A DNA stretch of 63,400 bases, filler included. It is 5 parts of 5 records of this genome, joined end to end, with 100 filler letters (N's around TTAATTAATTAA, not from the genome) between each part and the next. Parts side by side here need not be neighbours in the genome. Positions count along the whole stretch, not along the records: positions 1 to 23,233 come from SRR31156797_2382; 4 more parts are not named here. The stretch is one strand, 5' to 3'. A program made the translations under genes and the position numbers. Below are positions 1 through 10,467 of the stretch, piece by piece. Under the pieces are notes generated by a model, which made no database searches, was not told the origin of the DNA, and was given only the letters and a program-made list of their open reading frames with translations. The first letter of the stretch is position 1. Each line of letters starts with the position of its first letter.

Positions 1-107
1 GCAATGATTTTCTGCTACACCATACCCCGTTCGCTTGCGGCGTGGGTTTTTGATTCTTTGTTGAATTAAAAAATCTATGAAAAACAATATAATAGAGGAG
101 AAAAAGA

Positions 108-1709
108 ATGTATAAAGTTTTGATTGTTGATGATGAAGCACCAGCTAGAAGAATGTTGAACTATCTGATCAACTGGGAAGATAGTGAATTTGAAATAGTT
201 GATACTGCTGTAAATGGAAAAGACGCAATTGAGAAATACAATAAATATCAACCTGAACTAATAATTACTGATATACAGATGCCTGTAATGGATGGCTTAG
301 AGATGATAGAGAAAATCAGAGAAGAGGATGAAACGCAAAAATTCGTAATTTTGAGTTGTCATGAGAATTTTAATTACGCTAAAAGAGCACTGAAATTAGG
401 TGTAAAAGATTACCTGATAAAAGATCTGGTAACAGAAGAAAATCTATATGAGCTTTTACTCAGATTAAGCAAAGAGTTAGAAGATGAGCAAAATAAAATC
501 AGCGAAGATGATAGAGAGAAGTATAACAAATTAAAACCGGTAGCTGAAACATTAACAGAGATATTTGCATTAGATACACTGCTTCAAATAGAGGAGACTG
601 AGTTTAGCAAAGAGATGTTTGGAATCAAAGAAAAATTCATGGCAGTTTTATCTATTCATATAGATTCCTATGCCGAATCAAATCTTAATTTTGAAGATGT
701 AGCTTATTTTGCTTATGAAATAAATGAAATATTGAAAATCGAAGGCGGAGGACAGGTTTTTTCCATTAACGGAAATGGACAACTCTCTGTACTTGCTGGT
801 TTTAAAGGTGGAGCGAGTAAAAGAGATGTAATAGAGAGTTGTAATGCGATACTGCAAAAGATACGAAATGCATTTATGCAAATTGATTGGGAGATGGGTA
901 TTACAATAGGAATAAGTAATTTTTATAGTGAAATAAATACATTAAGAGAGCATATTGAACAGGCTGAAAATGCAATGAAACTTAAGCTTTTCATTGGAAA
1001 AAACAGAAATATTTATCACAGCCTTTTTCCGGATAATTTTATGGAAGTCAGTCCGGAACTTTTCAAAGAAAGAATGAAAAAACTATCCTCTCACTTAGCT
1101 GTAAATGATGAAGAAAAATTAATTCAGGAGTTAAAGAGACTTTACAACGAAGAAGTAAAAGGTTTCATGCAGTACAATTATCTTAATTATGTTAACTCCA
1201 AACTATTAAACTATGTGATCTATGAAATGGATAAAAGTGAGATTCCGTACAAAGAGGTATTTGGGGAAAACTATATTCCTACAAGAACTCTCAATAATCT
1301 GGAAACTGTTGATGAGATCTGCGAATGGTTCATCAGAGTTTTCAAGACAGTTCTGGCTATCAGGAAAACAGACACAAAAGTTATATATAGCAAACATGTA
1401 AGTGATACACTGGAATTAATAGAGAAAAAATACTCGGATAATGAAATTGGATTAAATATGATAGCCTCGGAACTGGGACTTCATAAAGTATACCTCTGTA
1501 GAATCTTCAAAGAGGAAACAGGTAAAAATATAAAAGATATAATTCAGCATGAGAGAATAGAGCGTGCAAAAGAGCTTATTTTAAACAGTAACTACAGACT
1601 GTATGAGATAGCCTCAATGATTGGTTACTCTACTCCGCAACAACTGAATATTTATTTCAAAAAGATAACAGGAAAATCACCAAATGTATATAAAACAGAA
1701 AATAGTTGA
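108..1709 (+). CDS. YesN-family response regulator (REC + AraC HTH)
   Basis: N-terminal receiver (VLIVDDE...IITDIQMP...K); C-terminal AraC-type HTH (YLCRIFKEETG...FKKITGKSP); GAGGAG RBS. Confidence 0.9.
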   Translation: MYKVLIVDDEAPARRMLNYLINWEDSEFEIVDTAVNGKDAIEKYNKYQPELIITDIQMPVMDGLEMIEKIREEDETQKFVILSCHENFNYAKRALKLGVKDYLIKDLVTEENLYELLLRLSKELEDEQNKISEDDREKYNKLKPVAETLTEIFALDTLLQIEETEFSKEMFGIKEKFMAVLSIHIDSYAESNLNFEDVAYFAYEINEILKIEGGGQVFSINGNGQLSVLAGFKGGASKRDVIESCNAILQKIRNAFMQIDWEMGITIGISNFYSEINTLREHIEQAENAMKLKLFIGKNRNIYHSLFPDNFMEVSPELFKERMKKLSSHLAVNDEEKLIQELKRLYNEEVKGFMQYNYLNYVNSKLLNYVIYEMDKSEIPYKEVFGENYIPTRTLNNLETVDEICEWFIRVFKTVLAIRKTDTKVIYSKHVSDTLELIEKKYSDNEIGLNMIASELGLHKVYLCRIFKEETGKNIKDIIQHERIERAKELILNSNYRLYEIASMIGYSTPQQLNIYFKKITGKSPNVYKTENS

Positions 1710-1803
1710 TTTAGAATTAGTAAAAAATAATAGAAAGCATCATTTTTTTAAACAAAGTCAAATTAGAATATTTTTGACTTAAAAAAACAGTTGAGGTATC
1801 TAT

Positions 1804-2988
1804 ATGAAAAAAAGAAAACTATTAAAATATATATTATATTTTTTATTTATCACAATAGTGATACTTATATCTAGTAGAACAACTACAGTAAAAGAAAAAG
1901 CAGAATATGATATTTCTGAGTTAATTTCAACACTTGCCTTTCAATTGGAAAGAAGTGATGGAAATAAATTATTAGAGGAAATGATTAGCAAATTTTATCC
2001 CAAGAGACCTTCTGATCCCAAATCATTAATGCCTGCTGACTCTGAGTATTGGTTTGATGAAGAGTTTCCCGGATATAATATTAGAAAGAGTGACCGTTTC
2101 CCTTCTCCAAATCAATCAGTCCAAGGGAAAAAAGTTATTTTGCTAAAAGGAGAAGCACATCCATACTGGTCAGCTTTTGAGAGAGGTTTTACAAAAGTTG
2201 CAAAACTATTTGAGATAGAGTTTGAAGTGATGAATAGTGAATGGAATATTGACCTGCAACTATATCAAACAGATCAGGCAATTAAAAAAAATCCCGATAT
2301 GATAATATTCTGCCCTGTTAATCCGGTGGCAGCAGTACCAATATTTAAGAAAATCAGAAGTGCAGGAATACCTTTATTCGTTGCAAATCAAGTACCTGCA
2401 GTAGAAGCATTTGATGATATCATAGCCTGGGTAGGGCCTGATGATTGGGGAAATATGCGATTACTTGCACGTGCCATGGCTGATAAACTGGAAAAACAGG
2501 GAAATTATGCTGTGATTGGACACATGGAAGGTACTAACGTATATGATGCCAGAGCTTTTGCGCCAATTACTGAGCTGAGAAATTATGCACCTGATATGAA
2601 ACTTTTAGACCTGAAAAGTGCGAATCTTAATCCTGATACAACTAAGCAGCTGGTATATGATTGGTTAGTAAAATATGGTGATGATCTAAACGGAATAATT
2701 GTACCTGATGCAGGTGGAAGTATCGCGGGAGTGTTAAAGGCACTGGAAACAGCAGGACGAAAAGATGTAGTAGTAGTATCATCCGGTCACAGTAAACAGG
2801 GACTTGATTATGTGAGATCAGAGGATATATACGCAATTACTTATCAATCAGCGGAATCAGAGGGAGCTACTATACTTTATACAGCTATTAGATGGTATGC
2901 TGGTTATGAGATTAGACCGATACAGTATCTGAAACCAACAGTTATTTTCAAAGACGATGTAGGGAATTATCTACCGGCTGAGTGGTAA
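1804..2988 (+). CDS. RbsB/XylF-type sugar-binding protein with N-terminal membrane anchor and extension
   Basis: Hydrophobic N-terminus; Peripla_BP_4-like segments (HPYW...GF, PDMIIFCP, AWVGPDD..., AITYQS...EG). Confidence 0.8.
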   Translation: MKKRKLLKYILYFLFITIVILISSRTTTVKEKAEYDISELISTLAFQLERSDGNKLLEEMISKFYPKRPSDPKSLMPADSEYWFDEEFPGYNIRKSDRFPSPNQSVQGKKVILLKGEAHPYWSAFERGFTKVAKLFEIEFEVMNSEWNIDLQLYQTDQAIKKNPDMIIFCPVNPVAAVPIFKKIRSAGIPLFVANQVPAVEAFDDIIAWVGPDDWGNMRLLARAMADKLEKQGNYAVIGHMEGTNVYDARAFAPITELRNYAPDMKLLDLKSANLNPDTTKQLVYDWLVKYGDDLNGIIVPDAGGSIAGVLKALETAGRKDVVVVSSGHSKQGLDYVRSEDIYAITYQSAESEGATILYTAIRWYAGYEIRPIQYLKPTVIFKDDVGNYLPAEW

Positions 2989-3046
2989 GACGGGTAGAAT
3001 TTGTTTTGTAGGGATATTGCATATGCCTGGATAATATAACTTATAT

Positions 3047-3078
3047 AGGGGCAGAATCAATTTCTGCCCCTCTTTATT
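3047..3078 (+). terminator. Intrinsic terminator
   Basis: AGGGGCAGAA-tcaat-TTCTGCCCCT hairpin followed by T-rich tail. Confidence 0.75.
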
Positions 3079-3113
3079 TCTCTAATATTTTCTAATAGAT
3101 TTTATTTAAAAAT

Positions 3114-3142
3114 TTGACAAATCAGCTAGATAGTGATATATT
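3114..3142 (+). promoter_or_regulatory. sigma70/sigmaA promoter of the sulfatase gene
   Basis: TTGACA-17 bp-TATATT with extended TG. Confidence 0.7.
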
Positions 3143-3268
3143 CAAAATAAAGAATAATATTTTCCTTGAATATCGTTTATGAATAAATAAGTTTATCATA
3201 AAATTAAAATCAATGTGCACAGTTGAGAATTTTGATGGATTTATCTAAACGATAATTTATTTTTCATC

Positions 3269-3290
3269 CAAAGCTAAACGTTTAGCTTTG
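3269..3290. promoter_or_regulatory. LacI-family operator
   Basis: Perfect palindrome CAAAGCTAAACGTTTAGCTTTG with central CG, just upstream of the sulfatase RBS. Confidence 0.8.
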
Positions 3291-3312
3291 TCGTGGAAGC
3301 AGGAGGAAAAAA

Positions 3313-4815
3313 ATGAAGAAAAAACCAAATATTTTATTTATCATGTCAGATGATCATGGTGCAAATGCTATTAGTAAGTACGGTTCGAGGTTGAGTAAAA
3401 CTTTGCCGACACTGCATATAGATAGTATTGGAAATGATGGCTGTACTTTAAACAATGCTTTTTGTGCAAATGCAATTTGTACTCCAAGCAGAGCAACTAT
3501 CTTAACAGGACAGCACTCTCATATTAATGGTGTAAGGACACTGTCTGATTGGATGAGTCCTGACGCTGTGACCTACCCTAAACTTATGCAAAATGTAGGT
3601 TATGAGACAGCAGTTATAGGAAAATGGCATGTACATACCAAACCAACAGGTTTTGATCATTATGATGTATTACCATGTCAAGGTGTATATTTTAATCCCA
3701 GTTTTATAGATCAAACTATCGATTGGGAGGATTTTGAGAAGGATTCGTATAATAATCATTTTGGAAAAAGACATGAGGGGTATGTGACGGATATTATTAC
3801 GGATAAATGCTTAGATTGGCTGGAAAATAGAGATAAGGATAAACCTTTCGTGCTTATGTGTCATCATAAAGCACCACATGATGACTTCGAATATCATCCC
3901 AGATATGAGAATATTTTTGATGATATTGAGATACCTGAACCGGATAGTTTGTGGGAGGATAAAGATCACAGGTCAGATGGATCACGAGATTATGGAACTA
4001 CTGTTTCTGAGAGAAATATCAGGCGAAATGCAGTGAAGCACATGAGTCAGCCTGATTATCCAACAGGTCAATTGGAACTGAGAGGACTTGATTCAACAGG
4101 GAGAACGAAGGCTGCATATCAGAAATATCTGAAAGATTATCTGAGAGTGGTTAAGGGAATAGATGATAATGTTGGTAAAATGTTGAAGTATCTAAAAGAT
4201 AATGGATTGGAGGAAGATACAATTATTATTTATACTTCCGATCAGGGAATGTTCTTGGGTGAACATGACTATATTGATAAGAGATGGATATATGAAGAAG
4301 CACTTCAGATGCCATTTTTGATAAAATATCCAAGAGAGATAGAGGCGAATATTCAAAATGATAATGTAATAAGTAATGTTGATTTTGCGCCAACTTTACT
4401 TGATTATGCAGGAATAGAGATACCTGGATGTATGCAGGGCAAGAGTTTTCGAGACTTGTTAAATAATGGGAGCAAAGAATGGACAGATGAAGCATATTAT
4501 AGATACTGGATGCATATGGCTCATCATGATAATCCTGCACACTATGGTATCAGGACAAAAGAGTATAAATTAATATATTTTTATGGATTAGCGCTTGATG
4601 CAGTAGATGCGATCGAGTACCCTACACCTATTGGATGGGAGCTCTATGATTTAGTTAATGATCCCAATGAAATGAGAAATGTATATAATGATCCTGAATA
4701 TAAAGACGTTATAATAAAATTAAAAGCAAGATTGAAAGAAATGAAAGAGGAGATAGGCGATTCAGATGAAAAGTATCCTGAGATGCTTGAACTTCCGGAA
4801 AATATGTATGTTTAG
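3313..4815 (+). CDS. Cys-type formylglycine sulfatase (S1 family; resembles GlcNAc-6-sulfatase-like S1_11 enzymes)
   Basis: PNILFIMSDDH, CTPSRATILTG (CxPxR), GKWH, HKAPH, YTSDQG, ELYDL..DP.E; no signal peptide. Confidence 0.9.
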   Translation: MKKKPNILFIMSDDHGANAISKYGSRLSKTLPTLHIDSIGNDGCTLNNAFCANAICTPSRATILTGQHSHINGVRTLSDWMSPDAVTYPKLMQNVGYETAVIGKWHVHTKPTGFDHYDVLPCQGVYFNPSFIDQTIDWEDFEKDSYNNHFGKRHEGYVTDIITDKCLDWLENRDKDKPFVLMCHHKAPHDDFEYHPRYENIFDDIEIPEPDSLWEDKDHRSDGSRDYGTTVSERNIRRNAVKHMSQPDYPTGQLELRGLDSTGRTKAAYQKYLKDYLRVVKGIDDNVGKMLKYLKDNGLEEDTIIIYTSDQGMFLGEHDYIDKRWIYEEALQMPFLIKYPREIEANIQNDNVISNVDFAPTLLDYAGIEIPGCMQGKSFRDLLNNGSKEWTDEAYYRYWMHMAHHDNPAHYGIRTKEYKLIYFYGLALDAVDAIEYPTPIGWELYDLVNDPNEMRNVYNDPEYKDVIIKLKARLKEMKEEIGDSDEKYPEMLELPENMYV

Positions 4816-4836
4816 AAAAAAATGAAAAAATATAGT

Positions 4837-4875
4837 AAGACGACACTTTGATTTATAAGGTGTCGTTTTACTTTT
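4837..4875 (+). terminator. Intrinsic terminator
   Basis: AAGACGACAC...GTGTCGTTTT hairpin with T tail after the sulfatase. Confidence 0.65.
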
Positions 4876-4997
4876 GGAAAGCATCCGTTGAAAAATGATT
4901 AAAATAGGGATAGAATGTATTGTTAGCAGTCGAAATAACTACAAAAAATACAAAAACAAAGAAAATTACCAAACATCTCCAAAAATTCCATTTTAAA

Positions 4998-5011
4998 GCG
5001 AAACGTTTCGC
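4998..5011. promoter_or_regulatory. LacI-family operator next to a -10 box (TATAAT 5014-5019)
   Basis: Perfect palindrome GCGAAACGTTTCGC. Confidence 0.75.
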
Positions 5012-5143
5012 AGTATAATCCTATTGTTAGATAATTTACCAGATATTTTCAACGTGCACATTGAAAAAATGATTGGTCTAAATTAGGCAAATGGAACATT
5101 GAGAGATTTTTAAATATTTTAAATCAAAATTCAGGAGGTTTCA

Positions 5144-6496
5144 ATGAAAAGAAGATTATTGACAATTATGTTATTAGGATTAATGGTATCAGTTGCAAGT
5201 TTCGCAGGTATTTTCGATATATTCAAAAAGAAAGATAAAGTAAAAGATGAAAAGGTTAAAATATCATTTATGACAAGATTTACCGGAGCTGATACAAGAA
5301 CTGTATATTATGAAAGATGGGTAAAAGAGTTCGAAGAGTTATACCCAAATGTTGAGGTAGAAAACTTATCGATTTCGGAAGAAACAGCTTATAATAATAA
5401 ATTAAAAACTTTAATAGCTACAGGAAGTGCACCGGGATTTTTCTATTATCCAGGAGTGGCAGGAATCAAACACTGGGCTGAAAATGGAGTAATTATGGAG
5501 ATATCTGAATTAACGCAAGATAAAGAGTGGGCAGAAGGATTCGTATCAGGAACATTTAATAACTGGGATTTAAGCAAATATGGTGTAGAAGGAAAATTTG
5601 GAGTACCATTCTCATTAGCACCAGAGGTTATGTTCTATAACAAAAGACTTTTTGCAGAAGCTGGAATTACTGAAACACCGAAAACAATGGAAGAGTTATA
5701 TGTTGCGTTTGATAAACTAAATGCAATCGGTGTTACTCCTTGGGGAGCCGGAGCTAGAAGTAACTGGAGAACAGGTCACATTCACAATAATGTTATTTAT
5801 AAAACTGTAGGTGTAGAAAAAGTAAAAGAACTAGGTACAAGAGATGCTGATTGGACAGAAGATGGAGTAGTAGAATCGTTACAGTTAATGAAAGATTTTA
5901 AAGCAGCTGGGGCATTTGAAAAAGGGTTTGAAGGAATTGACTATGATTCAGAAAAAACAGGATTTTTTACAGGTAAATATGCAATGGTATGTAACGGAGC
6001 ATGGATGATTACAGATATTTTAAAAGATGAAATTCTAAATGATCCTAGCAGTGACTACAACCCTGAAGATTATAGTTTCTTCCCATTTCCATATTTATCA
6101 GATAGACCTGAATACAAAGATAATCAGGTATTATTTACACCAGGATTTTTCTTAGATGGAAATATGAAAGGTGAACAAAAAGAGTATACAATTAAATTCT
6201 TAAAATATGTTACAGATAAAGAAAGACAACAACAACTACTTGATGGAATTAGCTTAATCGGTTCAAGAAAAGATTTAGTAGCTGATTCAAGTGCACCGGT
6301 TATTTTACAAGATATGATTAAATACTTAGGAACTATTGAGGTTGCTGGTGGAGATTACTTCAATTATGATCCAAATCCTGCAATGATCGATAGAAGTAGA
6401 AGTGCAATTGTAGATATGCTTATTGGTGAGACTGCTGAACAGACAGCGCAAGACATGAAAGATATTGTTGATGCTTATGTTAAAAATTATGAATAA
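5144..6496 (+). CDS. Carbohydrate ABC transporter substrate-binding protein (CUT1)
   Basis: Signal peptide without lipobox Cys; FEELYPNVEV, GVPF...MFYNKRLF..AG, F.TGK.AM..NGAW motifs. Confidence 0.9.
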   Translation: MKRRLLTIMLLGLMVSVASFAGIFDIFKKKDKVKDEKVKISFMTRFTGADTRTVYYERWVKEFEELYPNVEVENLSISEETAYNNKLKTLIATGSAPGFFYYPGVAGIKHWAENGVIMEISELTQDKEWAEGFVSGTFNNWDLSKYGVEGKFGVPFSLAPEVMFYNKRLFAEAGITETPKTMEELYVAFDKLNAIGVTPWGAGARSNWRTGHIHNNVIYKTVGVEKVKELGTRDADWTEDGVVESLQLMKDFKAAGAFEKGFEGIDYDSEKTGFFTGKYAMVCNGAWMITDILKDEILNDPSSDYNPEDYSFFPFPYLSDRPEYKDNQVLFTPGFFLDGNMKGEQKEYTIKFLKYVTDKERQQQLLDGISLIGSRKDLVADSSAPVILQDMIKYLGTIEVAGGDYFNYDPNPAMIDRSRSAIVDMLIGETAEQTAQDMKDIVDAYVKNYE

Positions 6497-6520
6497 GAAT
6501 CAGAGCTAAAAAATTATAGG

Positions 6521-6603
6521 GCTGGCTGAAAAGGTTTTATTTTTCTCCCAAATATCTACTTAAAGTTATAGTGTAGATATCGAGAGAAAACTTTTAAGCC
6601 AGC
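6521..6603 (+). other. Long intergenic stem-loop between binding-protein and permease genes
   Basis: Nested stems GCTGGCT/AGCCAGC, AAAAG/CTTTT, TTCTC/GAGAA, ATATCTAC/GTAGATAT. Confidence 0.65.
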
Positions 6604-6762
6604 TTTGATTTTTGAAAAAAATATCAAAAAGACGAACAATATACACTTAAAAAAAGCAGATTTTATTTAAGCTAACAAATTCTAATGAGTTTTTTCGAAA
6701 AATAGAACATTTTCCGTACTCAAAGAATTTCTAAGCCTAGCGAGAATCATAAGGAGGACGTT

Positions 6763-7656
6763 ATGTTACGTACAAAATCCACCTCAAGATTTATGGTGAT
6801 GTTTTTAGTACCTGCAATATTAATATATTTTACTTTTGAAGTTTTACCGGTTATTTCGACATTCTACTTTTCATTTAACTTTTGGCCCGGAATAAAATCA
6901 GTTCCATTAAAATTTGTTGGATTTAAAAATTACATGATTTTATTTAGCGATAAGGCATTTGGAAAATCATTAATTAATGTATTGTTCTATATTGTGATAA
7001 ATATAATAGGTCAGGTTGGGATAGGTTATACATTGGCATTTTGCTTATTTTTCGCAAAAAAAGGGTTAAGGTTCTATAAAGCGGCATTTTTTATCCCAAT
7101 GATAATTTCTGCAACAGCTACATCTTTATTATGGGGATTTATCTATTTTCCGGGAAATATGGGAGTTTTAAATAACTTTCTGGCAAAAATCGGTTTAGAG
7201 AGATTTGCGAAGGCGTGGTTAGCTACACCTAGTACAGCTTTAATTTGTGTTTCGTTTGTAACAATTTGGTGTGGAATAGGTTACTATATGACGATTGGTT
7301 TTGCTGCACTTATGAGTGTACCTGAGTCACTGCTAGAAGCAGCTACAATAGACGGAGCTAGTCTATTTACTAAGGTTTTTAAGATAATATTACCATTAAT
7401 ATGGAATTCAGTTGTAATATCTGTAATTATGGTAATCACTGGAGTGCTTAAGGTATTTGACGTTATTTATGTAATGACACCAGGTGGAGGGCCTAGCGGT
7501 TCAACTCATGTACCAGCGACACTTATGTACGATCAGGCTTTTAAATTTAACACATACGGACTGGGAAGTGCAACAGCAACAGTAATATTTATACTTAGTA
7601 TTACTCTGACTCTTGTTAGTTTCAAGGTTCTTAGACGAGAAAAAATAGAATATTAG
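6763..7656 (+). CDS. Carbohydrate ABC transporter permease
   Basis: Multiple TM helices; EAA motif (LLEAATIDGAS). Confidence 0.92.
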   Translation: MLRTKSTSRFMVMFLVPAILIYFTFEVLPVISTFYFSFNFWPGIKSVPLKFVGFKNYMILFSDKAFGKSLINVLFYIVINIIGQVGIGYTLAFCLFFAKKGLRFYKAAFFIPMIISATATSLLWGFIYFPGNMGVLNNFLAKIGLERFAKAWLATPSTALICVSFVTIWCGIGYYMTIGFAALMSVPESLLEAATIDGASLFTKVFKIILPLIWNSVVISVIMVITGVLKVFDVIYVMTPGGGPSGSTHVPATLMYDQAFKFNTYGLGSATATVIFILSITLTLVSFKVLRREKIEY

Positions 7657-7671
7657 GAAGGGAGAAAAAAG

Positions 7672-8556
7672 ATGGCTGAAGCAGCTCAAACTTATGATAA
7701 ACCAAATACAGATAATAATTTAACAGTATTAGTAAAAACTAAATTTAGAAGAAAAGTATTTTATATAGTATTAACTTTATACTCGATATTGAATATGTAC
7801 CCTATATATTTCTCCATAGTTTCATCGATGAAACCAAGTGGAAAAATCTTTGAATCTCCTTTTTCATTGCCAACTTCCATATATATGGATAATTATATAA
7901 GTGCAATTAAGACAGGTAATATGGATAGATATTTTATGAATACAGTGTTTTTAACACTTTGTACATTGCTGCTATCCGGAATGGTTGCTTCAATGGCTGC
8001 ATATGTACTTGCAAGATTTGATTTTAAACTTAAAAAACTTTTATTTATGTTTTTCGTATGTGGAATGATGATACCTGTACAAGCTTGTATAATTCCACTT
8101 GCATGGGGATTTGGTAAATTAGGACTTTTTGACAACTATATTGCGCTTATTCTACTTTTTACAGCGTTCAATATACCGATGTCAGTATTTATACTAACGG
8201 GATTTATGGAATCTATCCCCAGGTCACTTGAGGAAGCTGCGATTATTGATGGTTGTAAACCAGCACAAGTATTCTGGAAAATCATATTTCCTCTATCAAT
8301 GCCAGCAATAGGAACAGTATCAATATTTAACTTTATATTAGTATGGAATAATCTTTTATTTCCATTAGTGCTTATTAGAAATGAAAAGTTGATGACTATC
8401 TCATATGGACTTCTTAGTTTCTTCGCAGAAAAAACAAGTGACTATGGAGGGGTAATAGCAGGAGGAGTTATAGCGATGTTGCCACCGATGATAGCATACA
8501 TTTTACTACAGGAAAAAGTTGAAAGAGGAATGACAGCTGGTGCTGTAAAAGGTTAG
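7672..8556 (+). CDS. Carbohydrate ABC transporter permease
   Basis: EAA motif (LEEAAIIDGC); C-terminal GMTAGAVKG. Confidence 0.92.
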   Translation: MAEAAQTYDKPNTDNNLTVLVKTKFRRKVFYIVLTLYSILNMYPIYFSIVSSMKPSGKIFESPFSLPTSIYMDNYISAIKTGNMDRYFMNTVFLTLCTLLLSGMVASMAAYVLARFDFKLKKLLFMFFVCGMMIPVQACIIPLAWGFGKLGLFDNYIALILLFTAFNIPMSVFILTGFMESIPRSLEEAAIIDGCKPAQVFWKIIFPLSMPAIGTVSIFNFILVWNNLLFPLVLIRNEKLMTISYGLLSFFAEKTSDYGGVIAGGVIAMLPPMIAYILLQEKVERGMTAGAVKG

Positions 8557-8649
8557 ATTTGCTTGAGTTTAATTTAGTAAAAATCATGTGGTATACTTGA
8601 AGCAGAATGAGACATAATGATAAATTAAAACAGGGTGGCTGATGGAATT

Positions 8650-10467
8650 ATGACTGAGTATATTGAAAAATTAAAAAACTTGTACAAAGATATATCAATA
8701 TCTAAAAAAATCTATAGTGTAAATTTTGCATTGATTATTGTACCAATAATTTTACTTGTACTTATTACAACATTTATTTCATCAAATATTCTAATAAGTG
8801 GAACAAAAAATAGTTCTATACAAAACTTAAAACTGGTATCACAAAATTTAGAGAACTTGATTTCAACGACAGAAAAAACAGCAAATATAATTATCCCCTA
8901 TCCGGAGATACAAAAGTTTACAAATATATCAAAATTTGATGATGAGTTATATAAATATGAGCAAGAGAGTTTTCTAAGCACTATTATTGACAACATCATC
9001 ACTCATGGGGATAAAGTTTCAACAGCTACAATAATGGGTAGAAATGGTCTAAAAGTACTATCAGGTGCAACAGTGAAAACAGAGTTTAATAAAACTATAA
9101 TAAGTGAGGACTATATCAAACATGGAGAAATAATGAAAGATGTGAATTCGAAATGGTACGGTCTGCATAGTTATAATTATAATGAGATGTCGAAACATGG
9201 AAATGCGATATCATATAAAAAGAATATAAGAAACGGAGATACAGGAGAGAGAAGAGCAGTCTTAGTACTAAATGTTGATGAAGAAACTATTGCTAAAAGT
9301 TATCTAAATATTGATTATGGTAAAAATGGGAAATTATTTATACTAAATAAATATGGCGATATAACCTCGGCTGGAGATAAGAGTAAATTATATCGAAATA
9401 TATCTTCGGAAAAATATGTGAAATGGATATTAAATAATAATATGGCAGGTAAGATATTTAGACTGGAGGGAAAGAGGCACTTGGTTACAGTAGTAAAGTT
9501 TGATAAATTTAACTGGTCTATTGTTGGTCTTATTCCTCTAAAAGACTTACTTGCTAATCAGAAGATCATTACATATCTTATACTGATAATAGGTATAGCA
9601 TTAGTATTTATAGCTCAAAAGGTAATGAGATTAACCTCTCAAACTATATCAAAACCAATTGTAGATCTGTGTGAAACAATGGAGCAAGTAGGTAAAGGAG
9701 AGTTTGAACTTGAATTAAGCAAGATAGGAAATGACGAAATAGGACAATTAACAGAGAGTTTTAATAAAATGACTAGAGAGATTTCAGAGTTACTTGAGAT
9801 TAATTTCCAGCAAAATAAGAAACAGAGAGAACTTGAATTTATAGCGATACAAGCACAGATTAATCCGCATTTTTTATACAACACTTTAGAGAGTATATGT
9901 TCACTGATATTATTAGGTGAAAAGGATGAAGCGTACAAGATGACCAACTCTTTATCCACATATTACAGAACTTCTCTTAGTAAAGGTAGGAAAATAATAA
10001 CAATTGAAGAGGAGATGTTGAATATCATTTCATATTTAACTATTCAAAAAATTCGATATGGAAATAAATTTGAATATGAGATAGATATACCTAATGAGAT
10101 TAAGAAAAAATCAATAATAAAACTTTCTATTCAACCCTTAGTTGAAAATGCAATCTATCATGGAATCAAGCTAAAAAATGGTAAAGGTAGAATAATCATT
10201 CAAGGAAAAGTAAAAGAGGATGATATCTGCATATCGGTAATTGATGATGGTGTTGGAATGCCTGAAAATGCTATGAACTTTATTCTTAAAACACCGGAAA
10301 GTGAAGATAATCAAAAGTCTTTTGGAGTAAAAAGTGTTGATGAAAGAATTAAACTGGTATTTGGAGATCAGTATGGATTGAAGATAGAGAGTGAATTAGA
10401 TTTGGGAACAAAGATAGATATATACCTACCTAAAGAATCAAAAAAAGGGAATGATATTTATGATTGA
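8650..10467 (+). CDS. YesM/LytS-family sensor histidine kinase (Cache, HAMP, His_kinase, HATPase)
   Basis: QAQINPHFLYNTL, IQPLVENAIYHG, DDGVG; two TM helices; ATG at 8650 preferred over GTG at 8635. Confidence 0.92.
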   Translation: MTEYIEKLKNLYKDISISKKIYSVNFALIIVPIILLVLITTFISSNILISGTKNSSIQNLKLVSQNLENLISTTEKTANIIIPYPEIQKFTNISKFDDELYKYEQESFLSTIIDNIITHGDKVSTATIMGRNGLKVLSGATVKTEFNKTIISEDYIKHGEIMKDVNSKWYGLHSYNYNEMSKHGNAISYKKNIRNGDTGERRAVLVLNVDEETIAKSYLNIDYGKNGKLFILNKYGDITSAGDKSKLYRNISSEKYVKWILNNNMAGKIFRLEGKRHLVTVVKFDKFNWSIVGLIPLKDLLANQKIITYLILIIGIALVFIAQKVMRLTSQTISKPIVDLCETMEQVGKGEFELELSKIGNDEIGQLTESFNKMTREISELLEINFQQNKKQRELEFIAIQAQINPHFLYNTLESICSLILLGEKDEAYKMTNSLSTYYRTSLSKGRKIITIEEEMLNIISYLTIQKIRYGNKFEYEIDIPNEIKKKSIIKLSIQPLVENAIYHGIKLKNGKGRIIIQGKVKEDDICISVIDDGVGMPENAMNFILKTPESEDNQKSFGVKSVDERIKLVFGDQYGLKIESELDLGTKIDIYLPKESKKGNDIYD

